Positions 35,398-59,857 are shown, counted from the first letter of the stretch. The stretch is DNA of 64,000 nt from Antedon mediterranea (GCF_964355755.1 NC_092670.1:19392795-19456794), one strand, 5' to 3'. The notes: generated by a model from the sequence alone, not told the origin. Numbers and translations are program-made.

Positions 35398-38300
35398 GAT
35401 ATTTGTTTATAATGTTTAAAAAAGCAGTTGAGAAAAGCCAGTATTAACTCAACACACTGATAGTAGGATCATGACAGACTTTAACTAGAAGCATGATGGC
35501 AAATAAGGTTAAAGGTTATGTCTTCAGATGTGAATACAATGTACATACAACAGGGATTTGAGGGTGACATGCCATGTATAAATAAAAAGCATTTAGAGTA
35601 AAGGACAACTCAGACTGCGTTGTCTGACAAATAACCTCGTCGGGAGAAAATCAAACATTTTTAATGTTCTCCCGACGACCTAAAAACTACGCCTGATGCT
35701 ATCTCAAGATTTCTTGTCGGGATTCAACTCAGATAACTCCGACGAGTCAAGGCAATCAGGCTGAGTTGGCTTTACAAACGTTTATTAGATTGTTACTTTG
35801 GGGATGGGTGGGAGAGGAAGTTGTGACACTCACTATACCAGGTGATATTACCGGATAAAATACCCTGTGGTACTAGCTATGGTACTAACAACCTTTTCTT
35901 TGTAAAACCAGTTGTTTATAAATGTTCTTATTCTAGTTAATATTAATGTTTTACATCCTATTATTATTATGAATAAGAAGTCTGTTTTTTAGGTTTATTT
36001 TATATCCATTATATCAGTTGAAATTTCTTCGACAGTATTAAACAATTTACCTTTATTTAAGTTTTTTTAATTAACTATCAATCTCTTTTGCATATTTTTT
36101 ATGTTGGAATTGGTATTGTTTATGATATAATATACACAGAGAAATCTACTACATACAGTATTTTTAAGTTTTCCAGATATTGGTAAAAATACTTGTACAG
36201 TAGTTGTATCATGTTTTGGTAAAGTGTGATTGTTCATTTGATGGCAGTATACTGCCCTCTATCACTTGTTATGATCTGTTTCCATAATTTAGTTATTAAA
36301 GAATTGATCATTTGTAAGCTATGACGTTTGTAATTGTTGTTCGCATATTTCATTCTAGACTTGCCTTAAGTCTCTAGTGATTATCTTTTTTTAGGTTGTC
36401 CACCATTTTGATTTTTGTTCAATTATAAGCCGGAATTATTCCGGCCTGAAATGGCTGGTCTTGTAGTAAGAGTGCGATTAAATAATTAAATACAAAATTG
36501 TAAAAAATAAACGTCATGTGTGCCAAAATATTAAAATTTTACTAATATTAAGCAGAGTCTCCTGATATTTTGAGTCATCTCGCGCTAAAATGCAATTTCT
36601 CCCGATATTTTGGATAAACCAAAACAATCTCCTGATATGTATACATTTATAATTTCTACTACTCTAGATTGATAAGAAAATAAAAAATATGCTATTAATA
36701 TCGGTTTGTATAATGTTTATAATCCATTCATGCGTTGTTTAGTAAGTGAAATAATGAAGTGCCAACACAATTTTTGCCTTTGGCACACATTATAGATGGC
36801 AATATTTTTAGGATTTTCATAATACCGTCTATGGTTTGATGTAGTATTTAATAGCATCTAGAATCTGCTGTAGACTTAACTTCACTCTACATAATGTGGG
36901 TTCTTCAATAAGCAGGGAGGGGGAAAACTGCCTGTGCATGTTGTTAACATTTTATATTTGAAAAACACATACCCAGATCAATACACTGGGAGATGATAAA
37001 ATGAGAAAATGCGGCATTATGAGATAAAAACATCTAGCAGTGGCATAATGGCTATGAGTGCTCACTCACTGGCTAAACCCAGGAGCTCCGGAGCTTATGG
37101 GAGCCCCTAAGCAGTGACATGGGGAAAAAATAGGCATTAAAATATGTCGAAAAAGGCTAAAAACAACCAAGGCCTCCAGCATTGGAGGGCAACTTAGGGT
37201 TCCTAAACCAGGGGGCTCAGCCCTCTGTGTTACACCACTGACATCTTATCAATTGCTAATTATTCTGCAAATAAACACATGTATTCTTGTAGAAAAACAA
37301 TACAAAACACATCAGACACAATGCATAAATCAAATATGGGCCGTTACAGACCTTTTATTATACAAGGGCTTTCTACAACCCGTCACAGTATTCTCCCCTC
37401 TCCATTTTCTCTTTCATTAATTTACAAAATAATAACTTTTTTTTCCAACATTATGTTTACTGCTATGAATACACACACCTAATCACAAATGATCTCTACA
37501 ATTTTTAGCTTCATTTTGAGACCAAAATAAACTTTAAAGTAACTAAAACTACTTCTGTACAAGAATAGCATATTTATGAACCATTCTGTACTGAATACTA
37601 AATAAGCATCATATTATTTGGAGAATATTTCTGTTATTACGAAACTGTGTCAACATAATTGCAAAACACTTTACATGTACGTGTAAATGATGTAAACACA
37701 AAACAGACATGAGGCATGATAATAAAGCAAGAACTTAAACCAGTATGTTAAACATTAATTGTCCTACTTTGGACAATCACTAATATTATGCCAACATAAC
37801 AAGCATGCTTCATAACATTGTCTACTACAGAGTACAAAATGGACGAATTAATTCCCCCATGGTACAACAGTAATTCTGATTTACAGAAAACAAAAATTCT
37901 AAATTTACCACTACTTTTACATATTTATCATATCATATGATTACCTTTAATCATCTTTTATAATCAATATTTATATGCAAATAACTCGTCACCTGCACGA
38001 ACTAACCAATTCTTTCTAAGATTTTGTTATGGAACAATAGGTAATTGCTATTATTTATTAAATCAATCCTTGTAAAGGATTTGAACCAAATACCCCCACA
38101 AACCTACAGTGCCACTTATTTAAGATAAGTAATATTTGATCTAATAAACTGTAGTGTTATTATTTATAAAATGTGTACAAAGTTAAAAGAAAATTTGATT
38201 GCTATATTTTAGTATACCACCTGTATACAGATTATGTTAATAGGCTATCATCAGCACCTTGCCTATGTGAACTAAGATTTCTTAAAAACTAAGGTTATCA

Positions 38301-39826
38301 CTATCAGTTTTAGCAATTTTAGCAACAACTACATTTTTTTTAAATATCTGGATTAAAAGTTACAAAATGCACTTAATTTCTTTATACAACTATACTACTA
38401 GAAGAAATTGATCTAGGGATAGGGATACAACCAACTAGAATGTGTGTTGAGGGCAGCTATATGGTACACCAAACCTAACATGTTCATTACATATATATTT
38501 TACTAAACAATTTTTTTTCTTGAGAAGTACATTTCGGATGATCTTACGACACATACTGTACACATTTTTTTCAATCCATAACCCTGAGTATAATTGCTGA
38601 ACAATTTCACTTCAAAATGTCGACATTTTTAAACAAACAATTAACATTCAAACAATGTACATTTCTACTCTCACTTGGCGACAACCAACCAAAACCCTGC
38701 TTTTAAATTCTATCAAATTAGCAATCCTTTTAGAAACTATCCGTGAATTATTACCGATTTCTATCTAATAAATTAATGGACTTTTAATATATATTCATAC
38801 AAACAAAATCAATAAACATCATCAAATGAGAAATAATATTGTAATAAATATATTTCATTACGATAAGTAAATAAAATTATTGAAAGATTAATATTCTAAT
38901 ATCTAGAGCACTGCTACGGAATGTTACATAACAACATTTGTATAAATAAGAGAATATCCTGGCAACAACATGACCTATAATAACAGTGGATTAACTGTGA
39001 AGTGATGACATCATTATATAATGTAGCCTGGCTAAGAGTTCATTTATTGGCTAATGACAAGCAAAAATAAAACAAACAAATGTTTTCTGTACTGTACATT
39101 CACTACAGTCATTTTACAAAATAATTGCACTGGTGTTACTGCAGTAATCTCATTACATTTTCTGCAGTAGTCACTATAGTGTTGGTAACTGTGCAAACTG
39201 ACAAAGTCATGATCACTATTTATATTTAGCCTTGCTACAGTAAATGGATCGGATGCAGTAAATGAGAATACTGTAGTAACAGTGAGTTAGTACAGGAAAA
39301 AACTGATGATACACTTGTTTTACATGTTTGCACAATTCAAACCTATGGAAGCCCATATGGGCCATAAACATTATCTCTTCTTTTTTTTCTAAAATTACTG
39401 ACCATTTGAGGCTTTCATACTATGGTGATAACAGTTTTAAAACTTCATCACAACAAAATAAACATAATTTTATTGTAATGAAAATTGAAATCTAACTAAA
39501 AATTATTATGAAATAATATCATTATATAAAAATAACAGTTTTCCTATTAAAAAAATTGTGTATGCTTTTTAAACATAATTTGTTTCATCAAAAGAAATAA
39601 AATTAATATTCTATTTGTTAAAAAAAACATAATCTATTTGTTGAGCAAAAGCAATTGTGTATAACAATAAATTTATACCACTAATTTTATACACACTAAC
39701 TAACTAAATAAAATTTTACTAAAATGTATTAGTTGCTATTTAGTATGGACACTATATATACAAAACATTTCTTTTTATTTTCTACTAGTCACATTGCAAA
39801 TCAATATATTTTAACTCGTACAAATG

Positions 39827-39995
39827 AAAAATGTTAGAAACTAGGAATATCTTGTTGAAATTAAAAATGTTAGAAACTAGGAATATCTTGTTGAAATTAA
39901 AAATGTTAGAAACTAGGAATATCTTGTTGAAATTAAAAATGTTAGAAACTAGGAATATCTTGTTGAAATTAAAAATGTTAGAAACTAGGAATATT
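39827..39995. repeat. 36-bp tandem repeat (~4.7 copies)
   Basis: AAAAATGTTAGAAACTAGGAATATCTTGTTGAAATT; ATGTTAG at 39831, 39867, 39903, 39939, 39975. Confidence 0.92.
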
Positions 39996-41569
39996 TAATT
40001 GAGAAATCATGTAAAACAAACAAAAATCTTTGTAAAACATAAAAAAAAAGTTATTTTGTAAAGCTACAAAAGAAGTACAAATATCGAAAGAAAAATATAT
40101 GAAATTGGTTTTTTTTTTATGTACTGTTTTTGGGAATATTAAACCAAAATATTTGATTTTATCCCATGGATGTTATCAGTGTGTTTCACTTTTGCTTTAA
40201 AAAATATCGAATGTGAAAATAAAAATATTGTTTAGGTGTACTGTAATTTTGAAAACAAATTATGAATGTGTTATCACTCTCAATCATGGCTGCAGGGACA
40301 GGACTCAAGGTCAAATACAATTGATTTCTAGGTCATTAAACTCTCACTGAACTTTATGCCTTAATAACCCCTTAAGAAAATGTCCAGGAAGATGCATACT
40401 GAGAAATGTAGGCAAGCTACCTCTTAACCAGACTCTGGAAATGACCTAGGTCAAAATTCACTCAAGCAAATTACCAGTGAGATGCATGCTGGGAAGTTAG
40501 AAACATCAAAATGTGACTGAAGCAAACAAAGTCAATTAAGCACACTGTTAACTATAGGATGCATGCAAATTAAAATCTTAATAGATCACAGAATGGTAAT
40601 GGTCTACTGAGAAAATGAGCAGATTGGCCAATAACAATTTATATCAACACATCATTTTTAAATTTAGCAAAACAGTCAATATTATGAAGATGCCACATTG
40701 CAGGAAATTGGCAAAATGCCAATGACATGATGAAAGTGTATGTTTAATGAATATCTCTCTGTACACAAGCATATATAATTAGTTATGATGTAATGACTTA
40801 TTATAATAAATGATGACACCCCCCCCCCCCCAACCCGGAAAAATAACAAAATAATAATAACATAACGTGGTATCATTTTATATTCAACTAATACATTTCT
40901 TAACTTACACATTTAAAAAATATTATTATGTAAAAAAAAGAATAATAATACAGTAACAATATTTTTTTCCAAATCAGAACAAATTGCTTTTAACATCTTT
41001 TATCCAATCATTTCGTGCTCTAAATGAATTTTCTGTCTTAAAGATTTAAAAGGTTTACTATGACTATTTCTTGCATTATATCACTATACATTTTTTAAAT
41101 TTTCATATCACAAACTGACTGTACAAAATCATTATTGGTTAGATACATACAAATCATTATGTGTTTTTTCAAGTTTCAGAAAAAAGCAATACCTCGACAA
41201 CATAACTAACAAATGATGATACTGTGTAAAAACATTGTTAACATTTATTTATGACATCACTAGAAGTATAAACACACAAATCTGTTTATCAAGTCCAGGA
41301 AATAATGGCTGTTGCATTATGGTAGGTGGTGTGTACAGAGCATGCTCAGTGCAGCTTCAATTTCTGTTATTGCATAACACTTCTTACACAGTATAACAGA
41401 TTCATAATCTACATTGGGAAAATAGCAACACACCTCTACCATACAGCCTAATTTCCATAAAACAAAATTTAAACATCATTTTTGTCCTCTTTATTAATCA
41501 TTTTTATTAAAATGTTCTTCTGATTGAGGTCAAGGATGATGTCATTTTGTGACGTTACTTCCACTGCTC

Positions 41570-50401
<8,832 letters not shown>

Positions 50402-51346
50402 AGGTATAACCTCCCTTTCGTGTTGTTTTGTTTGCGCGTGGTGGAATTGTGTGAGCTTATAATATAATAGTATTACGGTAAAGTTAATTTTAAGCAAATC
50501 AAACATTTTCCGCGTTTGAAATTTTGTTCATTTGTTTAAATAGAAATTTATCATTTTAACACATACTGTGTGCATTTTTTTTAATATATTGGGTATGTTT
50601 ATGGCCTACATTCTTTGTTTTTGTTTTGGTATTTTAACATTCAAAATGCAGGTGATTGGCCAGCAATGAAAAGGGCATGCGCAGAAGGTTATTTATCTTT
50701 AATGACGATCATGATTCAGACGGGTTTTTTTTATCGGCATCAAAGGTTTGTTGCCCTCTATAGTTAGTTGTTGCTAATATCTGCATATTATAAATTTGCA
50801 TATTAAAGAGCTATTTTCATTAGTTCTTGATGTGTACAGAAAAAAAATACTCAAAACTACGACAGACACCTTCTATAAGCATACTACTTTTAAATTAAAT
50901 TTTCAGAAAAAAGATACCATTGAAGGCAAAAGCAGACAATTTTTGTAACAAATATTTATTTTTAAGCATAAACTGCGCATGTAAATTCGATTTACTTTTT
51001 TTTGTTGATAATTTGTTTACAATGACCTTGACTTTTAACCTCATGAGCGCTTTAAGCGCTTCGTGGTGAATCGGTTAAGAGCAAATAAAATAGTATACAA
51101 TAAAGTACAACATAAAATGTTTAGATTATTTAACACGATGATCTATCAAAAAGCAGGCAATTGTAATAAATATTTATTTTTAAGCATTTAAGAGCTAATA
51201 AAATAATATACAATTAAAGTTACAACATTTATAAAATGTTTAAAATATATAACATTGGGGTACAACATGATGTCCACATCAACTTAGACTGGTGGTGGTC
51301 AGTAAAGTACATCTGCAGTGGCCATCTTATTTCTTCGTTCAGGATA

Positions 51347-53089
51347 TCAGTCATATTCAGATCCAATACTAAGACTAATACTTCCCTTGTGCACTAAAGT
51401 GGAATGATACCACTGGTTGGTGTTTACCACAACTGAAAAAAAAGAAGTCATGTTTAACAATGAATAGCAGAAAACATCATACAATATCATCTTTGTTCAA
51501 AGTGTCACCATTAGGTACATGTCCGTTTGTTGATTGTATAGCTTCCTTTATATCTTTTGCCACTTTTTTTCATTTATCTGGATGAGTAGTTTGCAAGCAC
51601 ACCAATTCTTCTTTCCTTTAATAGATCCTTTCTTTCATTTTTAGCTGTAAGCCTAATTTTCTCATCAGACAATATGTTCTACTTAAGTTACTTGTATACG
51701 TACTAATATCTCCTGGGTTCAGTGTGGCGCTAATGGTCTGGCACACATTCTCACATTCTGGTGGCGGGGTTAGAGTCCAAGTCTTGCTGCCCATAATCTG
51801 AGCTTGCCATGATGGAAGTTCAACACTATCTATCTATGAAAAAAATATTGGTAGAGGCCTAGTTTGAATTAAAAACCAGCTATGAGGTTAAATTAGTCTA
51901 AAAAGTGGATTTATAATATCTTTAGAAAAATCTTACATGAATGCCAGCACCAATGCCTGGAGTTCCAACAAAGATCCATGTAGAGTAACACACGGATCTT
52001 TCTGGCAGAAAATAAGGTTTTTGTGTCATTTGCTTGACCATACTGCGAATATGTTCATCACAATTACTCCTGAAAAAAGAATTATAAAGTATTATCTTCC
52101 AGAAATATATTTTTGAAAAAAAAGAATAATGGGTGTTTAAAATATATGGATGAATTAATAAATAAGTAGATCTTAATTAATTATTTATAATACGGTATAT
52201 TTTTTATTTTTATTTATATTTTAGTTATTTATATATTTATATGATATGCTGTTTAGATGTAAAGGAAATACTAATATTAATTGCTTGGCGAAGGGATTAC
52301 AGAGGTCCCTATTCAGGCACAAGATTTTTTGCAACTTGTAAACTTATATAGCACCCTCTATATAAAAATGACAAATTTCTATATACGGTAAGGACTTTTC
52401 TTTATTGTTTGGGCACAGTCACTAAAAAATAGATTTTTCAAAATTTATATCGCAGTATTCCTGTATACTGACCATCCAATATACCAGTTTGGTGCACCAT
52501 CCTCTAAATTCTGCATTGCAGGTGTGATACTTTCAAATGCATCTTTTAAAGAGAGAAAATCGGTACGATACGCAAAAAATGCACAATTCTCTTGAATATC
52601 GTCAATGTTCGACGATAAATACATTTCTTTTAAATAATTAAAATTAAGTTGCGTTAAAGCTGTCCAATTCTGAATAGCATTACGTATAAGAGCTGGTCGA
52701 TTCGTGTATGCATGTCGTACCTCAAACTCCTCTCTAGTTATTGCATCATACAATGGAATAGATAACAAATCTTCACACATAGAACAATCAGTTATTGGTC
52801 CAATTAACGATGGCGGAAGTGTATCTTTATTTATCAAACATGGTTCATGGTGCAAAGATGACTGTATACTGTTTAAAGCCACGCCACAGAGTGCAACAGC
52901 TATGCCTACACCAACTAAACAAATCAATAAACAGTTACTGTTAGATTTTTGCACATCTAAAAGCTTGGTACAATAATAAAAGGTTTCACCAATTTGATCT
53001 GGATTAAGTTCATCTTTTACAGCTTGCTGTCGCAAATTCTTTAATTTTGTTTCAAGTTTTAAAAATGCTGGTGTTTTATCTGCATTCAT
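51347..53089 (-). CDS. Uncharacterised membrane-anchored JmjC/cupin-like protein, 321 aa, 4 exons
   Basis: Exons 53089-52473, 52069-51937, 51833-51704, 51432-51347. N-terminal hydrophobic segment; AYTNRPALIRNAIQNWTA; WYIGWSNC; WIFVGTPGIGAGIH-IDSVELPSWQAQIMGSKTWTL; PGDIIVVNTNQWYHST; HxD...H metal triad; C-terminus IGSEYD*. Confidence 0.88.
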
Positions 53090-53228
53090 GATTGTTACAA
53101 TGCTTGTTATTGTTTTTTATTGGGATTATTTACTTCCTTGTTGTATAGAGGGCAGTATATCTACTAGATTGTCATGTGAAACGTTTGAATGAAAAGTTAT
53201 TAATAAATTATTCCAATAATTGTATATA

Positions 53229-53384
53229 GCTATGTCTACACTATCACACTTTATGTGAAGAAAGATGTGATGTGCCCATATATGGACATACTTTAATGAT
53301 GTCATATCACTACCATATTTGGGCATATCACTACCATTATTTTGGCACATCACACTATTTTGTCAAATTAGTGTTGACAGAGCT
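53229..53384. mobile_element. MITE family A, ~140 bp upstream of the cupin gene ATG
   Basis: AGCTATGTCTACACTATCACACTTTATGTG...GATGTGCCCATATATGGACAT...GACAGAGCT. Confidence 0.78.
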
Positions 53385-56300
53385 TACAAACCAGGTCAAA
53401 TCATTTTTTCAACAGTGTCATCAAAAAGCAAAAACAGATAAAAGTTTATAGTATCATCATATAATCATATTATTAATATTATTATCTATTTGAAAAAATA
53501 AAAATGTCATTGTTCAGTCAATATTATAAAAATTATTAATCTGAAAAAGTGAGTAGGATTACCGAGTTATGAATAAACTGGAAACAAGCAGCAGTTATTA
53601 CATTCTTTAAATAAGAGAGATGTCAGTGATGTAGCAACTTTCGCAAGGTTAAACACAGAAAACTAGTAGACATAAATAAAATATAGCATCTGTTTTATTG
53701 ATTGCAGACATTATGCTTACTTTGACCACCATGGAGCAACAAATCCATGCTTTGACAACAACAACTAGTGCCTTCAAGCTTTAATTGTTCTTAAATGTTT
53801 TAGCCCGGATAATGAATATAAATTTAAGCTCAGTGGTTACACAGTTATTAAGCAAGCAATACAGGTGGTTCATCGTTAAGACTTTATAAATTCTGATATG
53901 CATACTTTTTAAAAGATTTACACAATTTCTATTTCTTCTTTTTTAAATACATTGATAAAACACCACCAAAGAAAATAGATATAGTTCTATATTTATGATT
54001 CTTAAATTGACTGTATTTTTTAAAGAATAAAATCAAGGCATTTGATACATTTAAAATGATGATGAATAATAAATAAAACAAAAGCTATACCAAAAGCTAT
54101 TGGTTTAAAATGGTGTCTCAAAGATTTTTGAAAGTTTGGTGGTTAATTGTATGTATAATTATTTGTTTTCCTTGAAAGAAAATCAGTAAGTTCTTCATTG
54201 TGCAGACCCTCTTCCCAAATTACATTCATTTAAAACCTGCACCCAATCCACCGCTTAAATATTTATCCTACCTACCTTACCAATATTTATATACACCTCA
54301 TTGAAATATATGGTTTCAGTGTAGTTAGTAATATTTATTTTTGCATAATTATATTTAAGCGTAACCACATCCATGCCACTATAAAGCTTATCATTAAAAA
54401 ACGATACATCAATTTAAAATAAACACTAGGCCTATGTCACAGTACATAAAACTTCGCATTCAAATGAGCGGATTGATTAGACAATCATCTTTTACAGAAT
54501 TGCATAACTTATAAGTTAGGTGGGCTAAATGTATTTTGAATCCATGAATTAATTGTTCCATAGCTCATTTTTAATACATAATAACAAACCAACAGGCCTT
54601 ATCCACACTTGCTATGTGACCAAGATTTGTGTTCCTGACTCAATTATACATGCATAACAAACATATGCTTAAAATATATAAGATTTAAAGTGTCTTGCAC
54701 TGTAGCTGACAGGATCAAATTATTTTTGTCAATTATACAATTATAAAATTAATTTGGAAGTGAATATGGATGAAGTGAGGTTTATAGTATTTCACAATTT
54801 TTAGGCCTCTTTTCCTACCTCACCTTCTGTTTTGCCAAGACTAGAAGAAAGTACCAATTACCTTAGCTAAATGGAAAACCTATTTTTATACCGGACACCT
54901 GGAAGAAAGTTTATACTTCTTGTGGTGTAAGTGCAAAATTGATTATATATACTGTATATATAAATTCAAAGGCAAATTACTGAAAGAATGACAATGCTGT
55001 GGGTATCAGTGGCTGGATCTCATATATAGATATATTGGAGTGACAAATAAAAGTACCATATATTAACAAATGGAAAAAACATTAAAATAAACGAATGAAG
55101 GAAAGACAAATTTGAAAATATGTAATTGTCATATGAAAGACCTTATTTACCATATATTAATTATTAAATTACTAATGTACATTTGATTGGTTTATGTGAA
55201 AGAAATGAAAGTACAAACGTAAATTATTAATATATAATATATATATCTTTAAAACAAAATTAATTAAAAAATGTTCATCTAAATATTAAAATCTATTCAA
55301 ATTATTTACTAATAAGTTAAAACACTATTTTTCATCAAAAATATAAATCTTTGCTTTTAACCAAGATAAAATTAAAACTAATTATGAAAGTCCTAAGAAG
55401 TTTATTCAGTACTGTATGTTGTATGTATCCTAGGACATTACATGAAAGCTTGTCAGCTTTGTGGAACTAGATCCTAATGGAATTACGCTTACAGGAAAAA
55501 ATTTCTATCTCGACCTCACAAAAGCATGACCACATCTCATGACTTTTAAAATATCACTATCCTGTCTTTGTCCTCTTCTGATTGGCTGCTACTTAATGGC
55601 AACATTCTACTAACAACTGCATCCGCTGAAATCTCACTCACAAGTTACTTTCAAGGCATGATTAAGAATAATTTTCCCTAAAAAATGTTTTGTCCAGTGT
55701 GGTATCAACACATCAAGCAATACACAAATTCTTGTTATGCTAGAGGACCATATAAGAGATTTTCAAATAAACTTCAGATTTTCTATCAATAACAGGAAGA
55801 ATTTGTAAAAACAAATTCAACGTTTTATGAGGAACATTCAGTTCTATCAAGATGGCAACCAAAATTGCAGCAACGTTTAAAACAACTGCTAAAGTTTATA
55901 TATAATCTCAGGAAAATCAGTGAGATAATGTATGCTTCTGCTTTTTAAGATGTCACCAATTGTTTGAAGTTAAATGTATTTGATTTGAAACCTTGCATCA
56001 TCTCATAGCTGCTTTTAAAGTGATAATAAACAATGAAATATTATTTGAAGTATCAATATGATAATGTGATTGTAGTGATTAGATTAATCTTGATGCTTGA
56101 CCTCGTTTGATTAAAGGCAACACCAGTGTGATCAATCGTATGTCCATCTTGAACTGACCACCAGTGATCTTCCACTGTAATCCCAACCTTTAAAAACATG
56201 ATAAAGATATCAATACAACAACCAAATGAAACCAGATTAGACACCAAATCATCATCTCTAATAATGTTCAACTTTGGCGAGTCCTGGTAAGATTAAGAAC

Positions 56301-56394
56301 TAGGTTCAGGCTTGGTCTTCTCCACCGGGGACAGAGATATCAACATACAACAACCAAATGACAGATTTCTGGAACCAGACAACACCAAGCATCT

Positions 56395-59300
56395 CTAATA
56401 AAATTCATCAGCATCTGAGTTTAACTTTGGCGGATCCTGGTAAGATTCAAAACTGGGTTCAGGCTTCAAGACTTTGTCTTCTCCACCCATTTTCTTAACA
56501 CAATGATTAATTGTTCGTAATATTGTTCCTAATCGACGATCAAGTGCTTCAAGATGTGCTTCAAGTATGACAGGTGTGACCTGGTCACGTGCTAATGACT
56601 CTCGCATGACATCACTAAGTTTGTATTCTTCTTTTGACAATGCGATTAATCTTCGGTACGTTGAAAGACGAAGTCTGAAAAAAAGAAATGAATGTTTTTA
56701 TTACCTAACTATATAGTACTAATAATATACTAATATAATATATAATAAAAATATACAACAATAAATGATTTAATTCATTTGGCCAAATTTCCAATAAAAT
56801 GTAAATCAACTTTTGGGAGTCTAATCTATAATAAGGTCATTATTGTATGTAGTTTTGTCAAATTAAATACAGTTAAGTTAAAAATAATATTTCATGGGAA
56901 TTAAAATTACTAAATCTAGGCTTTACTTAAACCTAATATCACCCTATTGGTCTATAATATCACGAATACTGAAATCTAAAATTCTAAAAACTTACTTCAA
57001 AATGCTTGAATTTGCTTTGAATTATCATTATGAAAGCTATTACCTAGTATTATATTGTGCCCAGCACCTAGTCCTACTCTTCTCTATCTGGAGCTATCAT
57101 AATGCTACTTGTATAAAGGTCTTGTGGGCATGCATAGGTGTCTACTGGTCTCATTTGGGAGCTTTCGCCTAGTTTCTAGATCATACTGTAGGTCGTTCAA
57201 AATCAAAAGCTTTTTGTAGCAAGTAGTAATACAAAGCTATCTATTGTCTGTTTAGCAAGTAGTAAAATCAAAAGCTATCTATCGACGATTAATGGTTGAA
57301 TAATAATCGTTTGAATTGTCTTCTGACCATTTATCATAAATTGTATTTAAAAGATTTCTATCGCTTTGTAAGCGACAAGTTCAAACTTGTAATTCATTCC
57401 CAATACACCATTTGACCTATAAAATTAATCAGTTCTTACACAGTGTTAATTTTTCAAGATTACGGCAATTTTGTCAGTGTAATTTTACCTTTGGCAATTA
57501 AGAAAATCTTTGTATATCAAATATAGTATATCAAAATGCATAATAATGTACAACAATCCATACATTTGATATTATAGTGCTGATATTTTAACTTCCCTTT
57601 ATAAAATTGCACGCACATTTTGAAATTCGAAATGTGCTTGAGTTATTTTGCATACTGTATATCTTAAATAAGCAATAGAACTCCTTTTTAGTGGGACACC
57701 TTAACAACTCAAAAAAGTGTCCCAGTAATATAGGTGTCTCTTGACAAGTGATGTCACAAAGGAGGGGTTTTACTATATGCGCAAAGATGCTCAGAAAAGA
57801 AATCTATTAGTTATTATTTGCAAAAATGATACCTACCGACAGCATTGAAATAATGGTGCTAAAATTGACAGTTCATCATGGCTATGCTTTCCAAACCTGA
57901 AAAAAGTATAAAAAAATTAAACATTAATACAACAGCCTATTGTTTTCCTCCACAAGTATAGATAATATATTCATAATAAAGGCCTCTATAACATAACATA
58001 ATGCCTGTTTTTCTTTTTTGAATATAGTACTTACGATCTTCCATGATCCATATGGATAGGATAAGTAAAATTACCAAAAAACTCAAACGTTTCATAATGA
58101 TGACGGTCCATGTTCCCTACATAAGATACAGAAAGTAGTATTTAATATAATTATTTATAAACTTAATAAGGGAAGCAATTGACTTGCCTTTAAAAAAAAA
58201 AACATTTTTAGGGGGGGGGGGGGGGTAATTAAGTAGTAAGTAATTAACTGTTCTTAAAATAGTAGATAAAGATTATAAATAATATTCGTATAATACAATA
58301 TTATACTTTAAAAGAAAAATGATAAATCAGCAACTATGATTAGGAAATAAGTACATTTCAACCATATAATTTATATCTGTTCAAGCGGACTGAAAATGAT
58401 TAATCTGAAATAGAACATTGGGGATAATAAACTTTAATTGGTTATTAACTTTTAATGAAAATTTTTGAGCAGTTGCTATTTGAAAATCAGTTAGTAATAA
58501 TTAGATGAATACTGTAGATGATAAATAGTATTCTTAATGTGTTATTATGATAAATAGCCTAATAATCTATGCGTTAAAGACGTACAATAAATGAAAAGAA
58601 AACAGTAGAGCACACTGAAGCAATTTCCCTAAGGTATTTATAAAAAGTACTGTGCAGAAAGAGATGAAATTGGGTAAAAATATCTTCAGATATTTGTCTT
58701 TGAAGAGAGTTGTAGGCAGGTATTTGATTTATTTCTATACCATACCATACATGAACAAAAACAGATCAAAACAAAAAAAACCCCAATCATTTTGTATGGT
58801 ACCGGGGATAGCCCTCTAAATCCCCAGGGAAAGTATATCCTGAGGAGGTGCATGCAAATACTGTACATCTCAGTGAGATACTATAAATATACCTGTATTA
58901 TAAGACAGATATCACAGTAGCAAGCAAATGTCGCCCTCTATTATGAATTAATAGTCTGTGATGGCGGAGTATTAAATTTCTGATCTATTGAAGATCGAAC
59001 ATTATTGATTAGAGATGACTTGGCTTGGTGGTATTAATGTTTTTCTGATCCTCTTCCTAATTTTAGATAAAAATGCTCTGATAGGAATTAAGACTTCTGT
59101 TTAAGAAACTTTTTAGTACCAGTTAGTACAATAAAATGTGTAATACTCACCTATGAGGAAATCAAACACGGACATGTCCATCAGGTCTAGAAGACGTCGA
59201 CCTGAATTATACGGATGTTTTGTCATTACAGTATTGTGGCAGAAATTTGGTTCGTGCTCCCACCTGTTCAAAGATGATGAAATTAACAAGACATTTTATG

Positions 59301-59857
59301 AGCACTATAGTATTGAATACAATTTAATGATCCCATAAAAAATTTATGCTACATTAATTTCTAAGCAAATGCTTTAGACTTTACAACTTATAATCTTATT
59401 ACTATTAAATATATAAGTTGTATTAAAGATAAAACTTAGCATAAAATGTATATCTACATATTGAATATTTTGCAAGGAAATTTGAGATGGGGAATGTAAT
59501 AATTATCTAATTGGAAGGGAAAGGGTCTTGAGCACTTTTATGGATGTGCGCTGTATAAATCTTATTATTATTATTATTATTAAGGGTGTGACCTTAAGGA
59601 TGAGAACGTGTTTGGTACACAAAAACCTTCTTTTCCCATTTGATTCTAAACATACTGGTTCTACACAAATACGTACACTGCGGATCGATGTTTGCTGTAT
59701 GAGCGCCTCCATGGGTGTCGCCATGTTTTACGAGGTGCTATCTTGAACGCTGGTAAGTATGCTGCAAGGGATGCTTCCAACATGTCTGGTTTTCCGCAGA
59801 CTGCTGTTTCCGTCTCGCAATAGTATGAGCAGTGGCCAACAAAACATATATTATTTG
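56395..59857 (-). CDS. FAM20C: Golgi/secretory-pathway kinase FAM20C-like, 3' five exons (5' exons not found in window)
   Basis: Exons 59857-59677, 59263-59151, 58116-58035, 57896-57837, 56674-56395. [36 protein letters not shown]...[12 protein letters not shown]; [26 protein letters not shown]; [27 protein letters not shown]; HLEALDRRL. Confidence 0.93.
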
